The notes: generated from the letters alone by a model not told the origin. 64,000 bases of DNA from an uncultured Collinsella sp. (GCA_902490325.1 CABUDJ010000001.1:6937-70936), one strand, 5' to 3'. Shown: positions 1 to 8,498, counted from the stretch's first letter. A program made the numbers and translations.

Positions 1-358
1 GAGTCATTCCCGAAATCGCGAATCAAGGGCCTGATTCGCCCAAATTGCGCACGAATCAGCCCCTAGGCGGTACGACGCGACACGCATCGACAACACTCGG
101 ACTGGATTAGTCACTGAGTGGGAATAGAAAATTCCTTAGTTATGGGGGTATAAATTTGATTCCCTTTAGGATAAACCCCCATGACTATATGAATTGACCT
201 GCTGACTCCAATGAAGATTGGAGGGTAACGGCCAGGGGTGACGGCCCAGCGAGTGTTATTTTGCGAGCTAGGCGCATCGAAAGCGACCTTTCGTGGTATA
301 AACTACTTGCCGGAAGCCGCGGCTTTCAGAGTACGGCTTACGTGTACGTTTAACCTCC

Positions 359-901
359 GTGGGCGACGGGGTGCCGCAAGGCGTAGAATATCGCCCACCT
401 GTAGGGACCTGCAGCGATGCGGGCCCCGCTTCGTATGAAGGGGGTGTAACCGATGAAGATCGTATCCATCCCCAGGATTTCTTCGACCTCGTCGATGGCG
501 ACCGCGAGCTCATGCTTAAGCACAATCGCCCCTGCATCGTGGTGGTGAGGCTGCGTTCCCGTGGAAAGCGCAGGGACTTCGCCGTGCCGCTGCGTTCCAA
601 CATCGCCCCCAACGTGCCCAAAGACCAGTGCTTTGCGTTGCCGCCCCGCCCCACGACGCGCCCCGGCTGCCGCCACGGCATCCACTACATCAAGATGTTC
701 CCCATAACCAAGGCCTACCAGCGCCGCTTCAGGACCGAGGGCTCGGCCTACTACGAGACGCTCCAGCGCATCATCGACGGCAACACCAAGCGCATTGTCT
801 CCGAGTGCCAGGCATACCTCGACCGCTACGAGCGCGAGGGAAGGCCTCGCTTTGCCGTCGACATCGACCGCATCGTGGGGCTGCTGGAGGGCGAGAAGTA
901 G
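359..901 (+). CDS. ToxN/AbiQ-like type III toxin-antitoxin toxin homologue (putative endoribonuclease); N-terminus apparently disrupted by a 1-nt frameshift
   Basis: ORF 359-901 starts at a GTG. From IHPQDFFDLV onward, the blocks NRPCIVVVRL, RDFAVPLRS, GIHYIKMFPI and YYETLQRIIDGNTKRIV parallel the ToxN/AbiQ layout (MKFYTISSKYIEYL, YLAPLTS, LINLKFMIPI). A strong RBS (GAAGGGGG, 438-445) serves an ATG at 453 in a different frame that reads MKIVSIP. One extra C in the C-run 470-473 would give MKIVSIPQDFFDLV, a ToxN-type N-terminus. Confidence 0.45.
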   Translation: MGDGVPQGVEYRPPVGTCSDAGPASYEGGVTDEDRIHPQDFFDLVDGDRELMLKHNRPCIVVVRLRSRGKRRDFAVPLRSNIAPNVPKDQCFALPPRPTTRPGCRHGIHYIKMFPITKAYQRRFRTEGSAYYETLQRIIDGNTKRIVSECQAYLDRYEREGRPRFAVDIDRIVGLLEGEK

Positions 902-1435
902 GGCACCTCGGCTCAGTCTCGAGCCATGCGGAGTCGCTCCGCATTTTTGAACGCCGCGTGTGCGTCCCAAATACTTGAGAAACAAGCTGTGAAGTGCGGT
1001 GGCGCGCCCGTGCCCGTGTACAGCCATCGCCATCAGCGTCTGCGGTGCGCTACGATATCAGGTTGATTTTCAATCTCAACGCAACAGTCTGAGCGTACCC
1101 CGCGTTTCCGCAGCTAGCGCAACGCGGAAATAGCTCACGGCGCCTGGCCGCCGCCCCGTTTCCGCAGGTGGAGAGGCTATGGAGGCCGGTGCCCCCATGC
1201 CGCCTCCGCATGCTCCGCCAGCCCGCCGCGCAGCCGTTCCGGACTCAGCGCAACGGGCCCTCCGGCCCATGTCCCGGCCCGACGCCTACCCCGTCAGCGG
1301 TCCCTCGCCCCTCGCGGCCCTGGCCCTGTCGATGCAGCCGGGCGTGAGGTCGAGCTCGCCGGGCGCCAGCTCCTCTATCCCGAACACCCCATAGTCTTTC
1401 TGGGATAATGGCGTTATCGAGAAAGTGGGTGGGAA

Positions 1436-3115
1436 ATGGATTGCCAGTCTCTGTACGACGAGTTCGCGGACAAGGCGTTGGCGGACATCAAGCTATCGAA
1501 GAAGTTCGCAGGCGTCAATGAGTTCAACAGCGGATTCCTTTTTGGAACCGATGATTGCAATTGCGCAAGCATGAAGCAGATGCAGCGAAACTGGGCTGCA
1601 GCGGCGCCTGGCCTATTCGCTGACTTTGCAAGGAAGCTGGCATCTGGGCATTCCATCGAAACCTTCGACCTGCCATCCACGTCAAGATGGAAGAACGCCG
1701 GCTTCGGTTACATTGCGGACGGGGGGAAGCATGCATGCGTCATGCTGTGGCCAAGCATCGACCATAGCCCGCTTAACCACACTAAGAGCAACTCCATGTT
1801 CTGGGCGTTCGAGTTGGTGGAGAACGGGGAGGTTGACGACGTCTACCTTGTATGGCTTGCGGATGAGGCCAACGTCAAGCTCCGCGAGAGTCTCGGCTAC
1901 TGGTACGAGTCTTTCTCTCCGCGCGGCGTCAAGCACGTCTCTGCAACAGATTGGTTCGAGAGGACTTTCGGAAAGGAAGAGGCCGACCGTTTGACCGACG
2001 TGGCTGGCAGGGTGAGAACGGAGGGTCGACTTGTCCAGGGGTTCACGGTTGTTGCCCTGCCCACCGAGCATGAGCTCGGCTCCTTCAGACGAGAGCTCCT
2101 TCACGACTACGAGGCGATCGAGCTTCCTCTTATCAGGTACCGTCTGATGGGAAGAGGGATGTCGGAGCGCGACATCGATATCTTGGCGCGCAACATTCAG
2201 CGCAAAGATCTGTTCGAAATACTCTTCGGGCAAGCCAGCTTCGCCGTCAGCTTTCTGTCGTCAGAGTGGCGCTACAGGCTCAACACCCTCTCCGAGAATG
2301 TCGAGCAGACCGGGACGGTCGCTGGCTACATCAAGGCGATAGAGCAGATGATGTTCGACCTTCTTCCGCTTTGGGCGAACAGGGACTACAAGGTGGCGTT
2401 TGGCGCCGTAAAGGCCTGGAACCCTGCCGTCCCGCTCACCTCAGCCCTCCTGGCGGAGAAGGACAAAGAGGCAACGTTGGGCCCGCTTGCCTATCTATTT
2501 GCAAGCAACCAGCACAAATACTTCAACGTGCGCATCTACGATCCTGAGATTGATTACAAGTCCTTTCGCGAGCTCCTGTTCGGGCGGCTGCGGTCGTTCA
2601 TGGACGACACCCGCAATGGGAAGCTCCATAAGTCCAACTTCTACGACCTGGGCAAGGTTAGGGAAATCAGGGACGAGGTTCTTGATATCATGTTCATGCT
2701 GCTCGGCGGCCTACGGCTCGACGAAGAACAGCTCAAGTATCTTGACGGCATGAGAGCCCAGGGCGAATCGAGCCCCGACGACCTCGCGGAGATGGCAAAG
2801 GTCCTCAATGAGGGACTCGATGGTTTAACCGTCAGCTCAATCGAGAGCGCGCATCTCATCGCTATAGAGCATCATGACGACACCCACCTCTGGTCCATCG
2901 CCCTGTCGATAATGGGTGACGGGATCGACATCCATAACTCCTACTACTACTCTCCGCTGCGCGGGCTGTCGCAGGATGAAGAGCTGGAAAACATTGATCG
3001 CCTATTCAGAAGGTACCGCTCGGAAAGGTGCGCCTCTGATGCCCTTGCAGAGGTTCTGACCGAGTACGTCGTCTTTAGCGTTAAATCCAAGCCGTTTCAT
3101 GTCCCTTTGCAATAG
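1436..3115 (+). CDS. hypothetical 559-aa protein with a HEPN-type RNxxxH motif (candidate RNase effector); N-terminal ~250 aa unassigned
   Basis: Long ORF with a purine-rich stretch (GGGTGGGAA) immediately before the ATG, too close for ideal RBS spacing. The helical region reads YIKAIEQMMFDLL ... LFGRLRSFMDDTRNGKLHKSNF. The R-N-G-K-L-H motif is at nt 2612-2629 (R393-H398). I recognise no other family signature. Confidence 0.7.
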   Translation: MDCQSLYDEFADKALADIKLSKKFAGVNEFNSGFLFGTDDCNCASMKQMQRNWAAAAPGLFADFARKLASGHSIETFDLPSTSRWKNAGFGYIADGGKHACVMLWPSIDHSPLNHTKSNSMFWAFELVENGEVDDVYLVWLADEANVKLRESLGYWYESFSPRGVKHVSATDWFERTFGKEEADRLTDVAGRVRTEGRLVQGFTVVALPTEHELGSFRRELLHDYEAIELPLIRYRLMGRGMSERDIDILARNIQRKDLFEILFGQASFAVSFLSSEWRYRLNTLSENVEQTGTVAGYIKAIEQMMFDLLPLWANRDYKVAFGAVKAWNPAVPLTSALLAEKDKEATLGPLAYLFASNQHKYFNVRIYDPEIDYKSFRELLFGRLRSFMDDTRNGKLHKSNFYDLGKVREIRDEVLDIMFMLLGGLRLDEEQLKYLDGMRAQGESSPDDLAEMAKVLNEGLDGLTVSSIESAHLIAIEHHDDTHLWSIALSIMGDGIDIHNSYYYSPLRGLSQDEELENIDRLFRRYRSERCASDALAEVLTEYVVFSVKSKPFHVPLQ

Positions 3116-4280
3116 CATCTCGCTCGGCTCCCAGAGCGCTTTCAAGCATGGAGATATAGCCCTCGTGCGCCGCCTCGTAATCTTCGACGAACTGCCGAAG
3201 CGTATCGGCGCTGCATGACGAAAGGCCTCGAAAGGTCCTGGCCCAGGTGAGGCCTTTCGGCTTTGCAAGGAAAACGCCTCCTCCCATACCGAAAAGCCAA
3301 CGGTAGAGGGTTGGAGACAGCTGCGTCCTCACGCAGGCGTAGCCATGGGGATTGCCGGCATCGTCCTCGGAGACGTGCGAAAAAACCAAGTCGTGGCCGA
3401 ACCTGTCGTAGGCATATTGGGCGCAACGCCCCTCGACTTTGAGGAAAAGCGTCCTGCTGGTCCCGTCGCCGTACATGTCAATCCGCTCTCGGACGTCGGC
3501 GGCCACCCTTCTCCTAAGCTCGTCAACCCTGCCGGGGTTGCGGAGCTTCTTCCCCGATACCATCGCGTTCGTCATATGGTCCAGCCTGCGGAAAAAGGGT
3601 TCGCCCTCGGGAACCTTGTCAGTTGTCACGCAGGTCTCAAGATAGTAGTGTCCGAAGCTGTAGACGAGGCAAACGGGGTCTTCGGACGAGATCTGGCGGT
3701 CAATCAGCTCATCCCCGTTCATCAAGTGGCGGCGATAACGGAAGCAGAGCTGTTCGTTGTTGCGAATCGCGGAGGAGGCGGCGACCATCGCCGCAAGTGC
3801 GTTCATGCCCTCATGGGTTTCGCGCTCATCGACAAAGATCGATTCGACCATCTCTTCCAGCTCACGGTCGGACATGATTTCCTCGAGCTTCGCGCAAAGG
3901 CGAGCGCGCTGCTCCTCATTGACGAACTTGCTCGTTCTCACCATGCCCATCAGGAGCGAAGAGTCATGCGATGAAAAGGGCTTTGCCGCGCAGCGGTACC
4001 CGGTTTTCTCGCCCCGCCCGGGCTTTATGACTTCGGCTCCGAAGGGGCTGCATGATGCCAAAGCGTCGAGATCGGCGCGGACGGAGTTTTCGGCCACATT
4101 GCTCCCCGACAGTCGCGAGAGAACCCGAGCTATTTCCTGCGAGGTGAGTCCCTCGTTCTCGTCGGTGAAATCGCATAGCAGGCGCGCGACTGCCAGCAAG
4201 CGCTGTCGCGTTCCGCTCTCAATCGTGCCGCATCTCTCGAGAAAAGCCGCTATCTCAATGTCCGTCAGCTTCCTCGACAT
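3081..4280 (-). CDS. WYL-domain transcriptional regulator (N-terminal wHTH, central WYL-like domain, C-terminal extension)
   Basis: The N-terminal HTH segment is LTSQEIARVLSRLSGSNVAENSVRADLDAL. The WYL-like core is LCFRYRR...VCLVYSFGHYYLETCV. Start chosen at the ATG at 4280 (MSRKLTDIE), which has RBS GAGGAAACC; the longer ORF start at 4307 has no RBS. The 3' end overlaps the convergent 1436-3115 gene by 35 nt. Confidence 0.75.
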   Translation of the reverse strand: MSRKLTDIEIAAFLERCGTIESGTRQRLLAVARLLCDFTDENEGLTSQEIARVLSRLSGSNVAENSVRADLDALASCSPFGAEVIKPGRGEKTGYRCAAKPFSSHDSSLLMGMVRTSKFVNEEQRARLCAKLEEIMSDRELEEMVESIFVDERETHEGMNALAAMVAASSAIRNNEQLCFRYRRHLMNGDELIDRQISSEDPVCLVYSFGHYYLETCVTTDKVPEGEPFFRRLDHMTNAMVSGKKLRNPGRVDELRRRVAADVRERIDMYGDGTSRTLFLKVEGRCAQYAYDRFGHDLVFSHVSEDDAGNPHGYACVRTQLSPTLYRWLFGMGGGVFLAKPKGLTWARTFRGLSSCSADTLRQFVEDYEAAHEGYISMLESALGAERDAIAKGHETAWI

Positions 4281-4399
4281 GGTTTCCTCGTTTCTATTGA
4301 ATGACATTAAATATTGTAGGTCATTAGAGCGTCTGCATTCGAACGGCAGGGCTCTTATTCGAGAAACTGTCCTCAGTAAAACCCGTAGAGGAGGAACTG

Positions 4400-4570
4400 A
4401 TGACCGACAAGAGCCGTTTGGAAGATAAGCACTTCGAAAAGGCGGGAAGTGGCCGCGACATGGACACGTGGTTCTTCAGGTTGATGGCCGCCGCCGTGAC
4501 GTGCATGACCGTGGCGCTCCTCGCTGGAATGGCATGCCACATCGCCCTCACGCTCAAGCTGCTCGCCTAG
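4400..4570 (+). CDS. small membrane protein (56 aa), hypothetical
   Basis: Too short for the ORF track. Strong RBS GAGGAGGAA sits 5 nt before the ATG at 4400. Sequence is MTDKSRLEDKHFEKAGSGRDMDTWFFRLMAAAVTCMTVALLAGMACHIALTLKLLA, with one C-terminal hydrophobic helix. Divergent from the WYL regulator. Confidence 0.5.
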   Translation: MTDKSRLEDKHFEKAGSGRDMDTWFFRLMAAAVTCMTVALLAGMACHIALTLKLLA

Positions 4571-4594
4571 ACTAACCCCACGAAAGGAACGACC

Positions 4595-4825
4595 ATGGAC
4601 AGCAAGAACATCGCAAAGGCCGCCACCGAGCTCGTCGACTCGCCCGAGGGTGCGCTGAAGACCGTCAGGGAAGCCATCGGGTACGCGCTCGAGGTCAACC
4701 CAACGAAGGAGCAGGCCGCCATTGCGGTCGCCGCGCTGATGGCGTCGGTCGCCTTCTATGCGATCAAGAAGAACTACAGTTTCGCATACGACAAGCTGTC
4801 GTTCACCGCGCCGTCGGCCGGGTAG
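4595..4825 (+). CDS. small hypothetical protein (76 aa) with one hydrophobic helix
   Basis: RBS GAAAGGAA precedes the ATG at 4595. The hydrophobic segment is AAIAVAALMASVAFYAI. It follows the 56-aa ORF by 24 nt, so the two are probably co-transcribed. Confidence 0.55.
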   Translation: MDSKNIAKAATELVDSPEGALKTVREAIGYALEVNPTKEQAAIAVAALMASVAFYAIKKNYSFAYDKLSFTAPSAG

Positions 4826-4850
4826 TGCGAGCGAGGGAAACGCCCAGAAG

Positions 4851-4886
4851 GAGGGCCGGAGCCATAGGCCCCGGCCCTCTCTCGTT
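4851..4886. terminator. GC-rich hairpin between convergent genes
   Basis: GAGGGCCGG (4851-4859) pairs with CCGGCCCTC (4871-4879), followed by TCTCGTTT. Confidence 0.4.
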
Positions 4887-4942
4887 TGCACTCCTACCCC
4901 GAACAGGACTCCTCGCCGAAGCCCCTTGAGCATCGGGCGCCA

Positions 4943-5383
4943 CTATCGAGCGTGCGCGTTTTCGTAGGCCTCTTTGATTTCTTCTGGCAAGCCATCGGGA
5001 ATCAGTGCCTTAAGCCTGTCCTCGCCGCCATCTTGCATCGCCTGTTCGTAGTACCAGCATTTGAACTTCAGCATGTCCAGCGCACGGTTCATCTTCGCGA
5101 TCTCCGACTCCATGTGGGCCTTCCGGTCCTCGAACATGGCCTTGCGCTGGGGGTATGTAGATGGGCCTTCCGCACACCATTCCATGAACAGCCGGATGTC
5201 CTTGATCTCCATCCCCGCCTTCTTTAGGCATTCGATGACCCGAAGCGCCTCGAGTTCCCTGTCGCCGAATTGGCGAATGCCGGACGCTCGCTCCAATCCT
5301 GGAAACAGTCCCTGCTTGTCGTAATATCGCAGCGTTGAAGCGGGCAAACCGAACATCTCCGACACCTGGCCGATTGTGTACAT
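4943..5383 (-). CDS. MerR family transcriptional regulator
   Basis: MerR HTH YTIGQVSEMFGLPASTLRYYDKQGL is followed by a coiled-coil. RBS GGAGGAGCC. Confidence 0.9.
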   Translation of the reverse strand: MYTIGQVSEMFGLPASTLRYYDKQGLFPGLERASGIRQFGDRELEALRVIECLKKAGMEIKDIRLFMEWCAEGPSTYPQRKAMFEDRKAHMESEIAKMNRALDMLKFKCWYYEQAMQDGGEDRLKALIPDGLPEEIKEAYENAHAR

Positions 5384-5601
5384 GGCTCCTCCGAATAGAT
5401 CTCGATTTCATTCCTTGACCTAAAGTCAGGTTTAGGTACTACCTTCATTCTCGTCAATGCAAATCGGAGGTGCAAGAGGTGTCCGTAATCGCCGGGCATC
5501 CCGCTCTGGAGCAGGCGCAACGAATGGGCATGGAAATCTAGGCGCGGCTTAGCTGCGCGAAAGCAGTTTGTACTCAAAACCATCGGCAGGAGGAATCAAA
5601 C

Positions 5602-6366
5602 ATGACGATTAAGCAGACGGCGGGCAGAGATGCCCTGGGGGAGTTCGCTCCCAAATTCGCACGGCTCAATGACGACGTGCTGTTCGGCGAGGTATGGAGC
5701 CGGGAGGGCGAGCTCTCCTTGCGCGACCGCAGCGTGGTGACGGTGGTGGCCCTAATGGCGCAGGGACTGACGGACTCTTCGTTCAAATATCACCTGACGT
5801 CCGCGAAGAACAACGGCGTGACCAGGGCGGAGATAGCGGAAATCCTTACGCACGCGGCGTTTTACGCGGGTTGGCCCAAGGCATGGGCGGCCTTCCGCAT
5901 GGCGAAGGAGGTCTGGGTGGACGACGATGCCGCCGACGCAAAGGCTCAGCACCAAAACGAGATGGCCTTTCCCATCGGTGCCCCCAACGACGCGTTCGCG
6001 AAGTACTTCATCGGGCAAAGCTACCTCGCGCCCCTTTCCACCGAGCAGGTCGGCGTCTGCAACGTGACGTTCGAGCCCGGCTGCCGCAACAACTGGCACG
6101 TCCATCACGCCAAAAGCGGCGGCGGGCAGATCCTCGTCTGCGTGGCTGGCCGAGGGTTTTACCAGGAATGGGGAAAGCCGGCACAGGAGCTGCACCCGGG
6201 CGACGTGGTCAACATCGCCCCGGGGGTGAAGCATTGGCACGGAGCCGCGCCCGACAGCTGGTTCTCCCATCTCGCGCTTGAGGTTCCGGGCGAGGAGACC
6301 TCCAACGAGTGGCTGGAGCCCGTGGACGACGAGGGATATCTCAAAGCGACTAGCAGGGAGTCTTAA
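5602..6366 (+). CDS. carboxymuconolactone decarboxylase-family / cupin fusion protein
   Basis: The N-terminal CMD-type domain includes RAEIAEILTHAAFYAGWPKAW. The C-terminal cupin includes NNWHVHH...GVKHWHG. RBS AGGAGGAA. Divergent from the MerR gene. Confidence 0.85.
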   Translation: MTIKQTAGRDALGEFAPKFARLNDDVLFGEVWSREGELSLRDRSVVTVVALMAQGLTDSSFKYHLTSAKNNGVTRAEIAEILTHAAFYAGWPKAWAAFRMAKEVWVDDDAADAKAQHQNEMAFPIGAPNDAFAKYFIGQSYLAPLSTEQVGVCNVTFEPGCRNNWHVHHAKSGGGQILVCVAGRGFYQEWGKPAQELHPGDVVNIAPGVKHWHGAAPDSWFSHLALEVPGEETSNEWLEPVDDEGYLKATSRES

Positions 6367-6483
6367 GCACCGTCACCCGTCCGTGCCCCGCTCGAAGGAA
6401 CGGAGGCGGATGCCATCTGCCAGCGCCCGCCGGCAAACGATGACTATTATCTGCTCTACTCGGATGACGACGCGTACGCCCGC

Positions 6484-6729
6484 GTGGCCCAGCGCGTTAT
6501 CGAGCGCGGCGCGGAGCAGATGGTTCCCTCGATCATGGAGAAGGCCGGGCTTTCGCGCGAGGACGCCTATCTGCTCTTTGTCCACAACGTTCAGGGAAAT
6601 CTCGCGGTCAACCGCCTGCTCGGTTGGAGGCGAGGGCCCGAGTTCGCCCACGCCCAGGAGCTGCTCAGCGCCTATTCCGAAGGGGGCATGCGAGCGGTAT
6701 CGGCCCCTTGCACACCGATCGCGAATTAG
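6484..6729 (+). CDS. hypothetical ORF or gene remnant (no convincing start)
   Basis: Open frame runs from 6367 to 6729 in the same frame as the upstream gene. The only in-frame start is a GTG at 6484, which has no RBS. The translation looks protein-like (MVPSIMEKAGLSREDAYLLFVHNVQGNLAVNRLLGW), but I recognise no family. Confidence 0.2.
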   Translation: MAQRVIERGAEQMVPSIMEKAGLSREDAYLLFVHNVQGNLAVNRLLGWRRGPEFAHAQELLSAYSEGGMRAVSAPCTPIAN

Positions 6730-7085
6730 AACATGATAGCGTCGTCGGCTGTGAAGGCATCAAGGGATCCCTGCTTGACCTGAATGCAGACGTATGTGAT
6801 GCCCGAGTCGGATGCGGCGCGGAACTGACGGTGTGCGGCGGGGGAAATGCGCAGCCAGTCGCCGGCTGCAAGCTCGATTTCCTCACCGTCGATCGTGACC
6901 GAGCCCGAGCCCGAGCCCTCGAGCACGCCATAGATCTCCTCGTTTTCCTTGTGTGTATGGACGAACGGAATGCCAGCGCCGGCGGGAAGGTTGTTGACGC
7001 TCACCTCTGCTCCGGTAAGTCCGAGCACCTCGTGCAGCTCGACGCGGTTCTCGTCGCCGATGTGGGTCTTTGCATAATTGGCCAT
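6726..7085 (-). CDS. cupin domain protein
   Basis: Cupin_2 core is GAGIPFVHTHKENEEIYGVLEGSG...GDWLRISPAAHRQF. Start chosen at MANYAK with RBS AAAGAGAGGAG. Confidence 0.85.
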   Translation of the reverse strand: MANYAKTHIGDENRVELHEVLGLTGAEVSVNNLPAGAGIPFVHTHKENEEIYGVLEGSGSGSVTIDGEEIELAAGDWLRISPAAHRQFRAASDSGITYVCIQVKQGSLDAFTADDAIMF

Positions 7086-7240
7086 AATGGCTCCTCTCTT
7101 TGAGGTTGATGTACCTTGCAGGCATCTCCTGCGTGAGCTATATTCAACGCGAAGGCGCATGCAAATACGAGTACGCACATATTTGTAACTGCGTACTTTT
7201 TTGTGAAACCGGTATGGTCAAGGAGGTTGGGTCTCCCGTG

Positions 7241-7564
7241 ATGGCGAAAGAGGAACTTCCGGAGTGTCCGGTCGCAACGGCGGTAGCGCTCATTGGTGGC
7301 AAGTGGAAGCTGCTCATTATCCGTAACTTGCGCGTACGCCCCTGGCGTTTCAACGAGTTGCGCCGCAGCCTTGAGGGGATCTCTCAGAAGGTGCTTACCG
7401 ACAGCCTGCGGCAGATGGAGGATGATGGGCTGGTCTTTCGCCATGACTATGGCGAGAATCCTCCCCGCGTTGAGTATGGCCTTACCGAGCTCGGCCGCCA
7501 GATGATGCCCATCATGGACTCGCTCGCAGACTTCGGCGCTTATTACAAGACGGTCGTTTCGTAG
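7241..7564 (+). CDS. HxlR family transcriptional regulator
   Basis: The sequence CPVATAVALIGGKWKLLIIRNL...FNELRRSLEGISQKVLTDSLRQMEDDGLV is typical HxlR wHTH. RBS AGGAGG at 7221. The start could instead be the GTG at 7238. Divergent from the cupin gene. Confidence 0.85.
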   Translation: MAKEELPECPVATAVALIGGKWKLLIIRNLRVRPWRFNELRRSLEGISQKVLTDSLRQMEDDGLVFRHDYGENPPRVEYGLTELGRQMMPIMDSLADFGAYYKTVVS

Positions 7565-7858
7565 CGGACACATCGCTTAGGAGGCGGAGTACCGCTACGA
7601 GGGTGCTGACGAAAACCTGTTACGAATCATCCTTACGATTCCCGTAGCTCATCTTGACCGCGTGCCATTTCAGACATGCGACGCTGCTATGGCCCCCTCT
7701 TTGATTTTCGACGTTGTATAAGGCAATCGCAATTGTCTTGAGCTTCTTAAGGGAACTTCAACAAGAGATGTGGTCTGCGGACGATTGAATAACTCCATCT
7801 GTTTTGGTTACAACGAAATGTGTGCCGCGCGCCTGCGGCATGAAGGAGGGAGATTTCT

Positions 7859-8389
7859 ATGAAAATCGTTGTATTGAGCGGCAGCCCGCGTAAGGGCGCC
7901 AACACCGATACCATGGTCGAGGCGTTTGCCGAGACCGCGCGCGAGGCCGGCCATACGGTCGAGGTCGTCCGCGTTGCCAGCAAGAAAATCGCTGGTTGCC
8001 TGGGGTGTCAGTATTGCTTCGCCCACGAGGGCACTTGCGTGCAGAAGGACGACATGGCCAACGTGATCGAGTCGCTGAAAGACGCCGATATGGTTGTCTT
8101 CGCTTCGCCTATCTACTGGTTTGATATTACTGCGCAGGAGAAAGCCGCTATTGACCGCCTGTACGCCTTCGGTGCCACGGGCTTCCCGTTCACCAAGACG
8201 GCCCTTTTGCTCGATAGCCACAGCGAAGGCGTCTATGATGCGGCGATCGCTATGTACAAGTCAGCTTGCGCATACTGCAAGTGGGAGGACCAGGGCATTG
8301 TCACCATCAGCGGTATGACCAAGCGCGACAGCATGGCATCCTCACCCAAGTTGGAAGAGGTGCGAGAGCTCGCTCGCAAGCTCGCCTAA
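7859..8389 (+). CDS. flavodoxin-like FMN reductase / iron-sulfur flavoprotein family
   Basis: MKIVVLSGSPRKGANT...CLGCQYC...ASPIYWFDITAQEK. RBS GAAGGAGGGAG. Confidence 0.8.
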   Translation: MKIVVLSGSPRKGANTDTMVEAFAETAREAGHTVEVVRVASKKIAGCLGCQYCFAHEGTCVQKDDMANVIESLKDADMVVFASPIYWFDITAQEKAAIDRLYAFGATGFPFTKTALLLDSHSEGVYDAAIAMYKSACAYCKWEDQGIVTISGMTKRDSMASSPKLEEVRELARKLA

Positions 8390-8440
8390 GGGCAAGAAGA
8401 ACGCATGGCAATCGGTGTTGGTGGAAAATGCTTGCTATCC

Positions 8441-8470
8441 TTACCAAGAGGAATGCTGATTGCCATGCGT
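8441..8470 (+). repeat. left copy of a ~30-nt direct repeat bracketing the ATPase cassette; also the 3' arm of a 13-bp hairpin
   Basis: TTACCAAGAGGAATGCTGATTGCCATGCGT resembles 10023-10051 (TTACCAAAGGATCGCTGATCGCCATGCGT). ACGCATGGCAATC (8401-8413) is the reverse complement of 8458-8470. Confidence 0.6.
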
Positions 8471-8498
8471 TGATGCTTCCGCGGACAATTCCGGCGTG

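Noticed and set aside
1-460. Type III antitoxin tandem repeats, a tRNA/att site, or a known structured RNA upstream of the ToxN-like gene
   Set aside because: Reading both strands, I found only isolated hairpins (28-62, 121-135, 144-180). I saw no direct tandem repeat, no tRNA T-arm/acceptor signature, and no group II intron domain V, tmRNA or RNase P landmarks. I cannot exclude a non-repetitive RNA without a covariance-model search.
350-1033. 227-aa - strand ORF overlapping the ToxN-like gene
   Set aside because: It is Ala/Gly/Arg-rich with no recognisable family. The + strand frame gives block-wise ToxN-like similarity.
1076-1394. Short GC-rich ORFs and a start-less protein-like fragment (reverse strand, GVFGIEELAPGELDLTPGCIDRARAARG) between the ToxN-like gene and the 559-aa gene
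   Set aside because: There is no start codon or RBS and no recognisable family. It may be a gene remnant, but I cannot support a call.
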